This document shows positions 1 to 8,021 of a stretch of 32,000 nucleotides of DNA, piece by piece. The stretch's first letter is position 1; each line of letters opens with the position of its first letter. The stretch lies in NCBI RefSeq assembly GCF_002072105.2, contig NZ_MTBC01000004.1, positions 250,913 through 282,912 on the forward strand. Direction: 5' to 3'. The notes under the pieces are model-generated. The model did not search any database. It was not told the origin of the DNA and worked only from the letters and a program-made list of their open reading frames with translations. A program made the position numbers and the translations under genes. Origin of the DNA: Croceivirga radicis (GTDB taxonomy: Bacteria; Bacteroidota; Bacteroidia; Flavobacteriales; Flavobacteriaceae).

Positions 1-159
1 GATTTTCTTGCAGACACTTTTAAGATTAGTAAAGCAGATCGCCATACCGCCCTTGGAGATGCCTACATAACGGCATTAGCATTTTTACGTATAACAAATA
101 GAATAAAACCAAAATCTTTTAAAGATCTAGAAACCAAAAAACGTTTTATCTGGTTCTAG
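1..159 (+). CDS. 3' end of a DnaQ/Pol III epsilon-like 3'-5' exonuclease gene (5' part lies outside the window)
   Basis: Frame 1 is open from base 1 to TAG at 157-159 and reads ...KADRHTALGDAYITALAFLRITNRIKPKSF... The H-x-A-x-x-D-A pattern matches the Exo III motif of DEDDh exonucleases. Only 52 codons are visible. Confidence 0.45.
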   Translation, partial: DFLADTFKISKADRHTALGDAYITALAFLRITNRIKPKSFKDLETKKRFIWF

Positions 160-265
160 CACAAAATACGCTATCTAATCATTGCTATGTGTAAAGAAAA
201 TTAAGATTCTTCTGCTTGCCGCTAATCTCTTCACACTTGTTATCTGTCGAAAAAATAGTACTTTA

Positions 266-277
266 TTGATATATCAA
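266..277. promoter_or_regulatory. Perfect 12-bp palindrome TTGATATATCAA upstream of the 314-8021 operon (candidate operator)
   Basis: Read directly from the sequence. It lies 37 nt upstream of the ATG at 314, in the only non-coding stretch before the operon. A TTGAT half-site recurs at 287-291. Confidence 0.25.
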
Positions 278-313
278 ATTAACTTTTGATGAAACTAAAC
301 TCAATAAATTGCA

Positions 314-2644
314 ATGAACCACAAGTTTTATGCATTATCCTTACTATGTTTAATAGCTATAGGATGTAAAGATGCAGTAAAAACTACCGAAATTGGGATA
401 GACCAAATTGCTGAAAGCAAAGCAATTCCCAACGAGGTAGATTTTTCACTTCATATTAAACCCATATTATCAGACCGTTGTTTCAAATGTCATGGACCCG
501 ATAAAAATGCGGTAGAAGGCAACTTATCCCTACATACCGCAGAAGAAGCTTATAAAGCATTGGGCGAGGCTCAAGGCCATTTTGCCGTTGTTCCAGGTAA
601 TCCTGAAAAAAGTTCTTTGGTAGCACGTATCTACACAGATGACTCGGGTCTGCTTATGCCGCCTCCTGAATCCAATCTAACCCTAACTGACGTAGAAAAG
701 GAGTTATTACGTAAATGGATAACGCAAGGTGCTGAATATAAAAAACATTGGGCTTTTATACCTCCTGTACAACCAAAAGTGCCAGCGTTTAAGAATACCA
801 ATTGGATACAAAATGAAATTGATGCTTTCGTATTTCAAAAATTAGAGGAAAATCAGTTTAAACCTTCAGAAAAAGCGCCAAGGGAAATATTGGTTAGACG
901 GCTGTATTTAGACCTTACCGGTTTGCCTCCAACTTTAAACGCGTTAGATTCCCTAGTTGGTTTAAAAGAGGATATCAATTGGGAAAAATTGATTGATCAA
1001 TTATTGAATTCTACAGATTATGCGGAACACATGGCCGCAGATTGGATGGAAGTGGCCCGCTATGCGGACACCCACGGCTACCAAGATGATTTTGAAAGGA
1101 CCATGTGGCCTTGGCGCGATTGGGTTATACATGCTTTTGATGAAAATATGCCGTATGATCAATTTGTTACTATGCAATTGGCAGGCGATTTGTTGCCCAA
1201 CGCAAATAAGGAATCCATTTTAGCCACAGGTTTTAATAGAAACCACAAAATTACTGCGGAAGGCGGTGTAATCCCTGAAGAATACAGAATTGAATATGTA
1301 GAAGACCGCACCAATACGTTTGGTACCGCATTTTTAGGAATGACCATGGAATGTGCCCGTTGCCATGACCACAAGTACGATCCTATAAGTCAAAAAGAGC
1401 ATTTTCAGCTTTTTAGTTTTTTCAACGGTATAGATGAAGATGGTTTAATGGCCAATGGCTCGGTAATACCCAAACCCTATATTAAAATCACCCAAGAAGA
1501 AGCGGATAAAGTGCTCGATTTTATTAACCTTTCCAAATCTCAAGAATCTTATGTCACCTCTTTGGTTATGGACAATAAGGCTAAGGAACGCCCAACGTAT
1601 GTATTAAATCGTGGCGTTTATGACCAGCCGGGAGAGCAAGTTTTTCCAGAGACACCTACCGCCATTTTACCCTATCCAGAAACCTATCCAAAAAATAGGC
1701 TTGGGTTGGCCAAATGGCTATTCCACAAAGGCAATCCACTAACGACACGTATTATGGTTAATCGCCTTTGGCAAAAAATGTACGGTAAAGGTATTGTTGC
1801 TTCTTCTTATGATTTTGGCAATCAAGGTTCCTTGCCTACGCACCCAGAATTGTTAGATTACCTAGCCATAAAATTTCAAGAAGAAAACTGGGACATCAAA
1901 AAAATGCTAAAATTTATGGCGCTTTCGGCAACCTATCAGCAATCGTCCAAAATTACCCCAGAGGCCTTAGAAAAAGACCCGGAAAATGATTGGTTGGCTC
2001 GCGCTCCCCGTATTCGATTATCAGCAAGTGCCATTCGCGACCAAGCGTTACAACTAGGCGGATTACTGCATAAAGAAATAGGTGGCCCTAGTGTAAAACC
2101 TTATCAACCAGATGGCTTATGGGAAGAAACCACCGGAGGTGGTGGTGGTAGTACGGCAACTTATGTGGTGGGCTCTGGAACCGATTTGTACCGCAAAAGT
2201 TTATACACCTTTTGGAAACGTACCGTTCCGCCACCAAGTATGATAACTTTTGATGCTTCTTCAAGAGACTTATGCTCCGTAAAGCGAGAAGACACCAATA
2301 CGCCTTTACAAGCACTGGTACTGCTTAACGACCCACAGATAATAGAGGCCGCAAGGGCCATGGCTGCTCCATATGCTGAAAAAAATGGAACTATAGATAC
2401 AGCTATAAAAGCATTGTTTAGAAACGCTACAGGCCGTATGCCTACTGCTGATGAATTAACCAGGCTAACCAGATTTCATGAAGATATGAAAACCAAAGTG
2501 GCAGAAGGCGCTATTGTACCTACAGAATATTTGGCTATTGGCAACTATACCAATGAAAAAATAACGGACCAAGAAGCATGGACCTGCCTGGCCTTGACCG
2601 CCCATGCCATACTAAACCTGGACGAAACAATAACAAGAGGATGA
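314..2644 (+). CDS. Lipoprotein with PSCyt1 (planctomycete-type cytochrome c), DUF1549/PSCyt2 and DUF1553/PSD1 domains
   Basis: Lipoprotein signal LLCLIAIGC (Cys18). Heme c motif in KPILSDRCFKCHGPDKN. DUF1549 signature NEIDAFVFQKL...RRLYLDLTGLPPT. DUF1553 signature ECARCHDHKYDPISQKEHFQLFSFF. 776-aa uninterrupted ORF. Confidence 0.9.
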   Translation: MNHKFYALSLLCLIAIGCKDAVKTTEIGIDQIAESKAIPNEVDFSLHIKPILSDRCFKCHGPDKNAVEGNLSLHTAEEAYKALGEAQGHFAVVPGNPEKSSLVARIYTDDSGLLMPPPESNLTLTDVEKELLRKWITQGAEYKKHWAFIPPVQPKVPAFKNTNWIQNEIDAFVFQKLEENQFKPSEKAPREILVRRLYLDLTGLPPTLNALDSLVGLKEDINWEKLIDQLLNSTDYAEHMAADWMEVARYADTHGYQDDFERTMWPWRDWVIHAFDENMPYDQFVTMQLAGDLLPNANKESILATGFNRNHKITAEGGVIPEEYRIEYVEDRTNTFGTAFLGMTMECARCHDHKYDPISQKEHFQLFSFFNGIDEDGLMANGSVIPKPYIKITQEEADKVLDFINLSKSQESYVTSLVMDNKAKERPTYVLNRGVYDQPGEQVFPETPTAILPYPETYPKNRLGLAKWLFHKGNPLTTRIMVNRLWQKMYGKGIVASSYDFGNQGSLPTHPELLDYLAIKFQEENWDIKKMLKFMALSATYQQSSKITPEALEKDPENDWLARAPRIRLSASAIRDQALQLGGLLHKEIGGPSVKPYQPDGLWEETTGGGGGSTATYVVGSGTDLYRKSLYTFWKRTVPPPSMITFDASSRDLCSVKREDTNTPLQALVLLNDPQIIEAARAMAAPYAEKNGTIDTAIKALFRNATGRMPTADELTRLTRFHEDMKTKVAEGAIVPTEYLAIGNYTNEKITDQEAWTCLALTAHAILNLDETITRG

Positions 2645-4134
2645 GCGAAAAGAAAATTATACAAGAACGTTTGCTGCAAGAAAACAGAAGAGCTTTCTTA
2701 AAAAAATCTGCTTTAGGTATTGGTGGTTTAGCGTTAAGTTCCCTTGCCGGTTGTAGTTTTTTTAGTAAAAATGAAAATGGAATTTTAACGCAAACCAACG
2801 GGACTATTGGCACCAAAGGAATATTAGAAAATTTACACCATAATGCCAAAGTAAAACGAGTAATCTATTTGTTCCAAAGTGGCGGCCCATCTCAATTAGA
2901 GCTTTTTGATTATAAGCCTTTACTTAACAAACGTAGAGGAGAAGACCTACCAGAATCCATCAGAAACGGCCAACGATTAACGGGGATGACTTCCGGTCAG
3001 GATAAATTTCCTTTAGTGGGTTCCTTATTTAATTTTAATCAACATGGAACTAATGGTACCTGGATGAGCGATTTGCTTCCTTATACTTCAAAGATTGTAG
3101 ACGACCTGTGTATTATCAAATCCATGTATACAGAAGCTATTAACCATGACCCTGCAGTAACCTTTTTTCAAACGGGTTCCCAACAACCGGGCAGACCTTG
3201 TATTGGTTCATGGATGAGTTACGGGTTGGGTTCTGAAAATGATAATTTACCTGCATTTACCGTGCTCCTTTCTCGTGGCACGGGAAGGCCAAATGGCCAA
3301 CCATTGTACACTAGATTATGGGGTAATGGTTTTTTACATTCTCAGCACCAAGGAGTACAATTTAGAGCCGCCAAAGACCCGGTATTATACTTGAACGACC
3401 CTGAGGGAATGACCAAAATGGGGAAACGGGCCATGCTAGATATGTTGGCAGAACTTAATGAGCACCATTATAACGACTACGGAGACCCAGAGACCCAAGG
3501 TAGAATTAGCCAGTATGAAATGGCCTACCGCATGCAAACTTCCGTGCCAGAGGTAATGGACACCTCCAACGAACCAGATTATGTGTACAAAATGTACGGC
3601 GCAGATGCTAAAATTCCTGGTACTTACGCCGCAAATTGTCTGTTGGCTAGAAAATTGGCAGAGCAAGACGTTCGTTTTATACAATTGTACCACATGGGCT
3701 GGGACCAGCACGATAATTTACCCGGAGCTATAGAAAAACAAGCCAAAGATGTAGACCAAGCTTCCGCAGCTTTGGTAGAAGATTTAAAACAACGTGGTTT
3801 ATTAGAAGATACCTTAGTAATCTGGGGAGGAGAATTTGGCCGAACCAACTATTCCCAAGGTATTCTTACCGATACCAATTACGGTAGAGACCACCATCCA
3901 AGATGTTTTACCATGTGGCTGGCCGGCGGTGGTGTTAAACCGGGATTGGTATATGGAGAAACCGATGATTTTGGCTACAACATAACCCAAAACCCTGTAC
4001 ATGTACATGACTTCCAAGCTACATTGCTACATCTAATGGGTATAGACCATGAAAAGCTTACTTATAAATATCAAGGTAGGCGTTTTAGATTAACCGATGT
4101 GGAAGGCCATATTGTAAAAGATATTTTAGCCTAA
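2641..4134 (+). CDS. DUF1501 family protein (sulfatase/alkaline-phosphatase-like fold) with twin-arginine signal
   Basis: The ATG at 2641 overlaps the upstream stop (ATGA at 2641-2644). The signal NRRAFLKKSALGIGGLALSSLAGC combines a Tat consensus with a lipobox-like LAGC. DUF1501 signatures: VIYLFQSGGPSQLELFDYKP and GRDHHPRCFTMWLAGGGVKPGLVYGETDD. The ORF-track start at 2578 would put 21 non-signal residues in front of the Tat motif, so I rejected it. Confidence 0.9.
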   Translation: MSEKKIIQERLLQENRRAFLKKSALGIGGLALSSLAGCSFFSKNENGILTQTNGTIGTKGILENLHHNAKVKRVIYLFQSGGPSQLELFDYKPLLNKRRGEDLPESIRNGQRLTGMTSGQDKFPLVGSLFNFNQHGTNGTWMSDLLPYTSKIVDDLCIIKSMYTEAINHDPAVTFFQTGSQQPGRPCIGSWMSYGLGSENDNLPAFTVLLSRGTGRPNGQPLYTRLWGNGFLHSQHQGVQFRAAKDPVLYLNDPEGMTKMGKRAMLDMLAELNEHHYNDYGDPETQGRISQYEMAYRMQTSVPEVMDTSNEPDYVYKMYGADAKIPGTYAANCLLARKLAEQDVRFIQLYHMGWDQHDNLPGAIEKQAKDVDQASAALVEDLKQRGLLEDTLVIWGGEFGRTNYSQGILTDTNYGRDHHPRCFTMWLAGGGVKPGLVYGETDDFGYNITQNPVHVHDFQATLLHLMGIDHEKLTYKYQGRRFRLTDVEGHIVKDILA

Positions 4135-5165
4135 TGCAGCGTAGAAGTTTTATTAAGAAGACAAGTGTTGCATCTGTTGGTCTGGTATCGTTGCCCCTAT
4201 TTGCCCAAGCAAGAACCAATGAAAATGGTATTGTTGGCCATGGTGATTTTAAATATAAGGTAAATGTGAACTGGGGAGCGCTCAATAGTCAATATTACCC
4301 TGTTAATGATTGCCATGAAATGGTAATGGATAAAAAAGGGCGTTTGTATTTGTTGACCAATAATACCAAAAATAACGTCTTGGTTTACAATAAGGATGGA
4401 GACTTATTAAACGCATGGGGAACGCAGTATCCTGGTGCCCATGGTTTAACCCTACACGATGAAAATGGTACGGAATATTTGTACATAAGCGATAACAACA
4501 GGCACGAGGTTATTAAAACAACCTTAGACGGAAAGGTAATTCAAGTCTACTCTTGTCCATTAGAAAGTGAAAAATACGAAAGTAAGTCAAGCTTTATTCC
4601 TACGGAAACGGCTATTGCTTCAAATGGGGATGTTTACATTGCAGATGGTTATGGAGCACAATATATAACGCATTACAATGCTAAGGGCGAACTTCTAAAC
4701 ATTTTTGGAGGCAAAGGCTCCCAAATGCATCATTTTGATAATGCCCACGGTATATGCATAGATACTAGAAATGGTAAACCTCCTACCCTGCTCATCACAG
4801 CCAGACAACAGAACAAACTAAAACGTTTTTCAATGGCAGGTGAACTTATTAGCACCATAGACTTGCCTGGGGCTTATATCTGTAGGCCAGTAATACATAA
4901 TGAGAACGTGTACTTAGCTTCCATCTGGTCTCATGATGGTTCTCCGGATACCGGTTTTATTTGTGTTTTGGACAAAAACGACCAATTGGTTTCAGCTCCA
5001 GGAGGATGCGTACCTAAGTATACTGATGGTAAATTAGGAAACATGTACCAAACCTTATCCATTTTTAAGCATCCACATGATGTTTGTGTTGATGAGGACG
5101 AAAATTTGTACGTTCCTCAATGGAATAGTGGAAAAACCTACCCTATAAAATTAACCCGTGTGTAA
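4134..5165 (+). CDS. Tat-exported NHL-repeat / six-bladed beta-propeller protein (peptidyl-alpha-hydroxyglycine lyase-like)
   Basis: TAATG stop/start overlap at 4132-4136. Signal MQRRSFIKKTSVASVGLVSLPLFAQA. Recurrent blade-like segments: GRLYLLTNN, EYLYISDNN, GDVYIADGY, ENVYLASIW, ENLYVPQWN. Confidence 0.75.
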   Translation: MQRRSFIKKTSVASVGLVSLPLFAQARTNENGIVGHGDFKYKVNVNWGALNSQYYPVNDCHEMVMDKKGRLYLLTNNTKNNVLVYNKDGDLLNAWGTQYPGAHGLTLHDENGTEYLYISDNNRHEVIKTTLDGKVIQVYSCPLESEKYESKSSFIPTETAIASNGDVYIADGYGAQYITHYNAKGELLNIFGGKGSQMHHFDNAHGICIDTRNGKPPTLLITARQQNKLKRFSMAGELISTIDLPGAYICRPVIHNENVYLASIWSHDGSPDTGFICVLDKNDQLVSAPGGCVPKYTDGKLGNMYQTLSIFKHPHDVCVDEDENLYVPQWNSGKTYPIKLTRV

Positions 5166-5977
5166 TGAAGTACGTTTTAAGATGGATTTATTTTAAAGGC
5201 ATACTTATTATTGTATTAGTAGGTTATACTTCCGGAGCTTTTGGACAAGAAAATAATCAACAATCTACTTTTGCGTTGGCAGCACCGGTGGTGTATGTAG
5301 ATTCCCTTCTATTCACAAAACAAGCCTTGTTAAGCTTTACAGAAGGAGAAAAAGGGAGTGTTTTACATTATCAATTAGCAGATGATAAACCAAGAACCGC
5401 AAATCATAAAAAGCCTATTGAAATTAAAACAACAAGCACTTTAAAGGTATGGAGTACCCATCCATATTATCAAACTAGTGATACCACAACCCTAAAGTTA
5501 ACTAAGGCGAATAGTTTACTTTCTGATGCAAAAATTAGCATAGAACCAGAACCTAAAGCTGCTTATAGGGGTAACAAAGAAGCCAGCCTCAAAGATTTGA
5601 TTAAAGGCACAACCAATTTTAGAACGGGTAACGATTGGTTGGGTTTCCAGACTACTGAGGTAAACTTCACAATCAATTTAAAAGAACCTACTACCCTATA
5701 TTTAGTAAGTTTGGGAGTTTTAAGAGATTATGGTTCTTGGGTTTTTCTACCAAAACAAATAACTGTAGAAAGTAATAAGAAAATTATTGGACAAGTAAAC
5801 ATCCAAATACCAAAAGAGGGAGAAAAAACAGCCTCTACCTTTTTACACGTTCCTATTAAAAAAGGCACTTACAAGGAGCTACAAATCCAAATAAATACAT
5901 TACCAACTATACCCCAATGGCACTTGGGCCAAGGCACAATTCCATGGCTGTTTATAGACGAACTACTGATTAATTGA
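5165..5977 (+). CDS. Secreted hypothetical protein with an Fn3/chitobiase-C-like segment and a discoidin-like beta-sandwich module
   Basis: TAATG overlap at 5163-5167. N-terminal signal/anchor ILIIVLVGYTSGAFGQ. The C-terminal half aligns by eye with the C-terminus of the next gene (GTTNF..WLGF...SWVFLP...WLFIDELLIN versus GSTNF..WLGY...SWIFSP...FIFIDEVVLN). Confidence 0.7.
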   Translation: MKYVLRWIYFKGILIIVLVGYTSGAFGQENNQQSTFALAAPVVYVDSLLFTKQALLSFTEGEKGSVLHYQLADDKPRTANHKKPIEIKTTSTLKVWSTHPYYQTSDTTTLKLTKANSLLSDAKISIEPEPKAAYRGNKEASLKDLIKGTTNFRTGNDWLGFQTTEVNFTINLKEPTTLYLVSLGVLRDYGSWVFLPKQITVESNKKIIGQVNIQIPKEGEKTASTFLHVPIKKGTYKELQIQINTLPTIPQWHLGQGTIPWLFIDELLIN

Positions 5978-5981
5978 CCAA

Positions 5982-8021
5982 ATGAATTTAGCAAACCTGC
6001 ACCCCTTATTGGTACACTTGCCCATAGGCATTTTTATACTAGCGTTTTTACTAGAATTATGGCAGTGGATACGTAAAAAAGACGAAAAAGAAACCATATT
6101 ATTTATACTAGCCACTACCATATTCTTCTCTTTATTATCCATTGCTACCGGTTGGTTTTTAGGAGATAATGGCGGTTATGATGTAGACATGCTCAACAAT
6201 CACAAATGGATGGGTATTGCCTTTACCCTATGCGCTATAACCTTGTTTGTATTACGCTATTGTACCAAAGCTATTTATAGAAAAATTTATAATCTATTAC
6301 TCGTCATAGGTATAGTATTGCTATCCTTAACAGGGCATTTTGGTGGTAACATGACGCATGGTGAAGACTTTTTATTTACAGACCATAGTCCAAAGGCAAT
6401 AGCAATTGCAAATATAGAAAAGGCTCAGGTATACGCAGAATTGGTGCAACCTGTACTAGAAGCAAAGTGCGTAAGCTGCCATAATACATCCAAAACTAAG
6501 GGTGGTTTGCTATTAACATCTAAAGCAGAAATTTTAGCAGGCGGAGAAAGTGGCCTGTTATTCGATACCATTTCTGGCCATTATACCAATTTATTTATGC
6601 ATCGGCTACACTTGCCTATGGAAGATGATGAACACATGCCTCCAAAAGGAAAACAACAACTAAGTGCAGAAGAGATTACGCTCTTAGATTGGTGGATTAA
6701 AAACGAGAACTGTTTTGATTGTACTGTTGAAGATTTAGAAAAAGATAGTCGTTTAGAACCTTATTTTGCTAGTTTAGAAGAAGACCAGAGCGATTTGTCT
6801 CAATTGGCGAAAAATGCAAACTTTATTCCAAGAGAAGATTTGGAAAGAATTACAAAAATGGGAATTTCTTTACAGCAGTTATCAGAAGATAATCCTTTAC
6901 TTATTGCCAATTTTAACCGCCAAAAAAATATAACAACTAGCCATTTTGATGCTTTAGAAAATATAGCATCTAATGTGGTAGAAATCAATCTTAGTTACAC
7001 CAATTTCAATGACGATTTAATAACCGCGCTTAAGCCATACAACAACCTTATAAAACTGCAGCTTAATAATACTACGGTAACCGATAAGGGAATAGAAAAG
7101 CTAAAAAACAAACCGTATCTAACCTCTTTAAACCTTTTTGGCACTCCTATTAAAAAGCTCAATTCTGAACAGTTGGGGCAGCACAAAAAATTGACCCATG
7201 TTTATGTTACGCCACAATCTTTAACGCAAGAAAGCATTACATCCTTAAGTAACGCAAATATTATTTTGCAAGGATTGGATATCAATGAAAAATTTAAAGC
7301 GAGTAAAATAACATCGCCTGTAATTGTAGCCAATCAAGAAGTTTTTAAAGATTCGCTACGTATAACTATAGAAACTTCATTTGAGGAAGCAACCACCTAT
7401 TTTGGAGTGGTAAATAAAACTAGCGACACGCTATTTAAGGTCTATACCAATCCATTTTTCATTTCTAAAACCCAGACAGTTTTGGCTTTTAGTGAAAAAG
7501 AAGGTTGGGGCAAAAGTGAATATGCCAAGCGCGACTTTATAAAAAGTGGCATCCCTATTAAAGAAGGAAAATTGCATGCCAAACCACACGAAAAATATGC
7601 AGCACAGCATGAAGTAACCTTATTTGATGGTAAACGAGGAAGCACCAATTTTGTAGATGGTAAATGGTTAGGATACGAGGAACAAAACTTCAAGGGTACG
7701 TTTCTATTTGATGATAACAAAGAAATAAGTAGTATAAGTGTTAGTCATTTATCCGCACCCACTAGTTGGATTTTTTCGCCAATAGGCTATAAAGTGATTG
7801 GAATTACCGAAAATGGGGCTAAAAAAACCATAAAAACCATTGATTTAGGTAAAAACAAGCCTAATGTTGATGTACAACGCAACCTCATCACCTTAGAATT
7901 TGATGCGATAAAAGTTAAAGGAATTCAATTGGAAATTGTAAACCAAGGTAAAAACCCAGAATGGCACACAGACCCCGGAGGTAATAGTTTCATTTTTATT
8001 GATGAAGTGGTTTTAAATTAA
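5982..8021 (+). CDS. Membrane-anchored c-type cytochrome domain protein: DUF2231-like 4-TM domain, PSCyt1, leucine-rich repeats and a discoidin-like C-terminal module
   Basis: N-terminal hydrophobic helices carry HPLLVHLPIG and LTGHFGGNMTHGEDF. PSCyt1 motif VQPVLEAKCVSCHNTSKTKGGLLL (CxxCH at 6468-6482). LRR-like block: INLSYTNFNDDLITALKPYNNLIKLQLNNTTVTDKGIEKLKNKPYLTSLNLFGTPI. The C-terminus is paralogous to the 5165-5977 product. Confidence 0.85.
   Translation: MNLANLHPLLVHLPIGIFILAFLLELWQWIRKKDEKETILFILATTIFFSLLSIATGWFLGDNGGYDVDMLNNHKWMGIAFTLCAITLFVLRYCTKAIYRKIYNLLLVIGIVLLSLTGHFGGNMTHGEDFLFTDHSPKAIAIANIEKAQVYAELVQPVLEAKCVSCHNTSKTKGGLLLTSKAEILAGGESGLLFDTISGHYTNLFMHRLHLPMEDDEHMPPKGKQQLSAEEITLLDWWIKNENCFDCTVEDLEKDSRLEPYFASLEEDQSDLSQLAKNANFIPREDLERITKMGISLQQLSEDNPLLIANFNRQKNITTSHFDALENIASNVVEINLSYTNFNDDLITALKPYNNLIKLQLNNTTVTDKGIEKLKNKPYLTSLNLFGTPIKKLNSEQLGQHKKLTHVYVTPQSLTQESITSLSNANIILQGLDINEKFKASKITSPVIVANQEVFKDSLRITIETSFEEATTYFGVVNKTSDTLFKVYTNPFFISKTQTVLAFSEKEGWGKSEYAKRDFIKSGIPIKEGKLHAKPHEKYAAQHEVTLFDGKRGSTNFVDGKWLGYEEQNFKGTFLFDDNKEISSISVSHLSAPTSWIFSPIGYKVIGITENGAKKTIKTIDLGKNKPNVDVQRNLITLEFDAIKVKGIQLEIVNQGKNPEWHTDPGGNSFIFIDEVVLN

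Noticed and set aside
2138-2149. (GGT)4 microsatellite inside the DUF1553 gene, considered as a possible phase-variation tract
   Set aside because: The repeat unit is a codon (it encodes a Gly run in TGGGGGST), so slippage keeps the frame. It is too short to be a convincing contingency locus.
2578-2640. Upstream extension of the DUF1501 ORF (track start at 2578)
   Set aside because: It would overlap the upstream gene by 67 nt and place 21 residues in front of the twin-arginine signal. The ATG at 2641 gives a canonical Tat signal and an ATGA coupling junction.
2535-2849. 104-aa minus-strand ORF across the ORF1/ORF2 junction, and the other short antisense ORFs in the track (for example 1159-1374, 3436-3711, 8867-9172, 13739-13996, 17896-18183, 25201-25509, 28572-28841)
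   Set aside because: All are embedded opposite long ORFs with clear family signatures. None has a recognisable domain or its own intergenic context.
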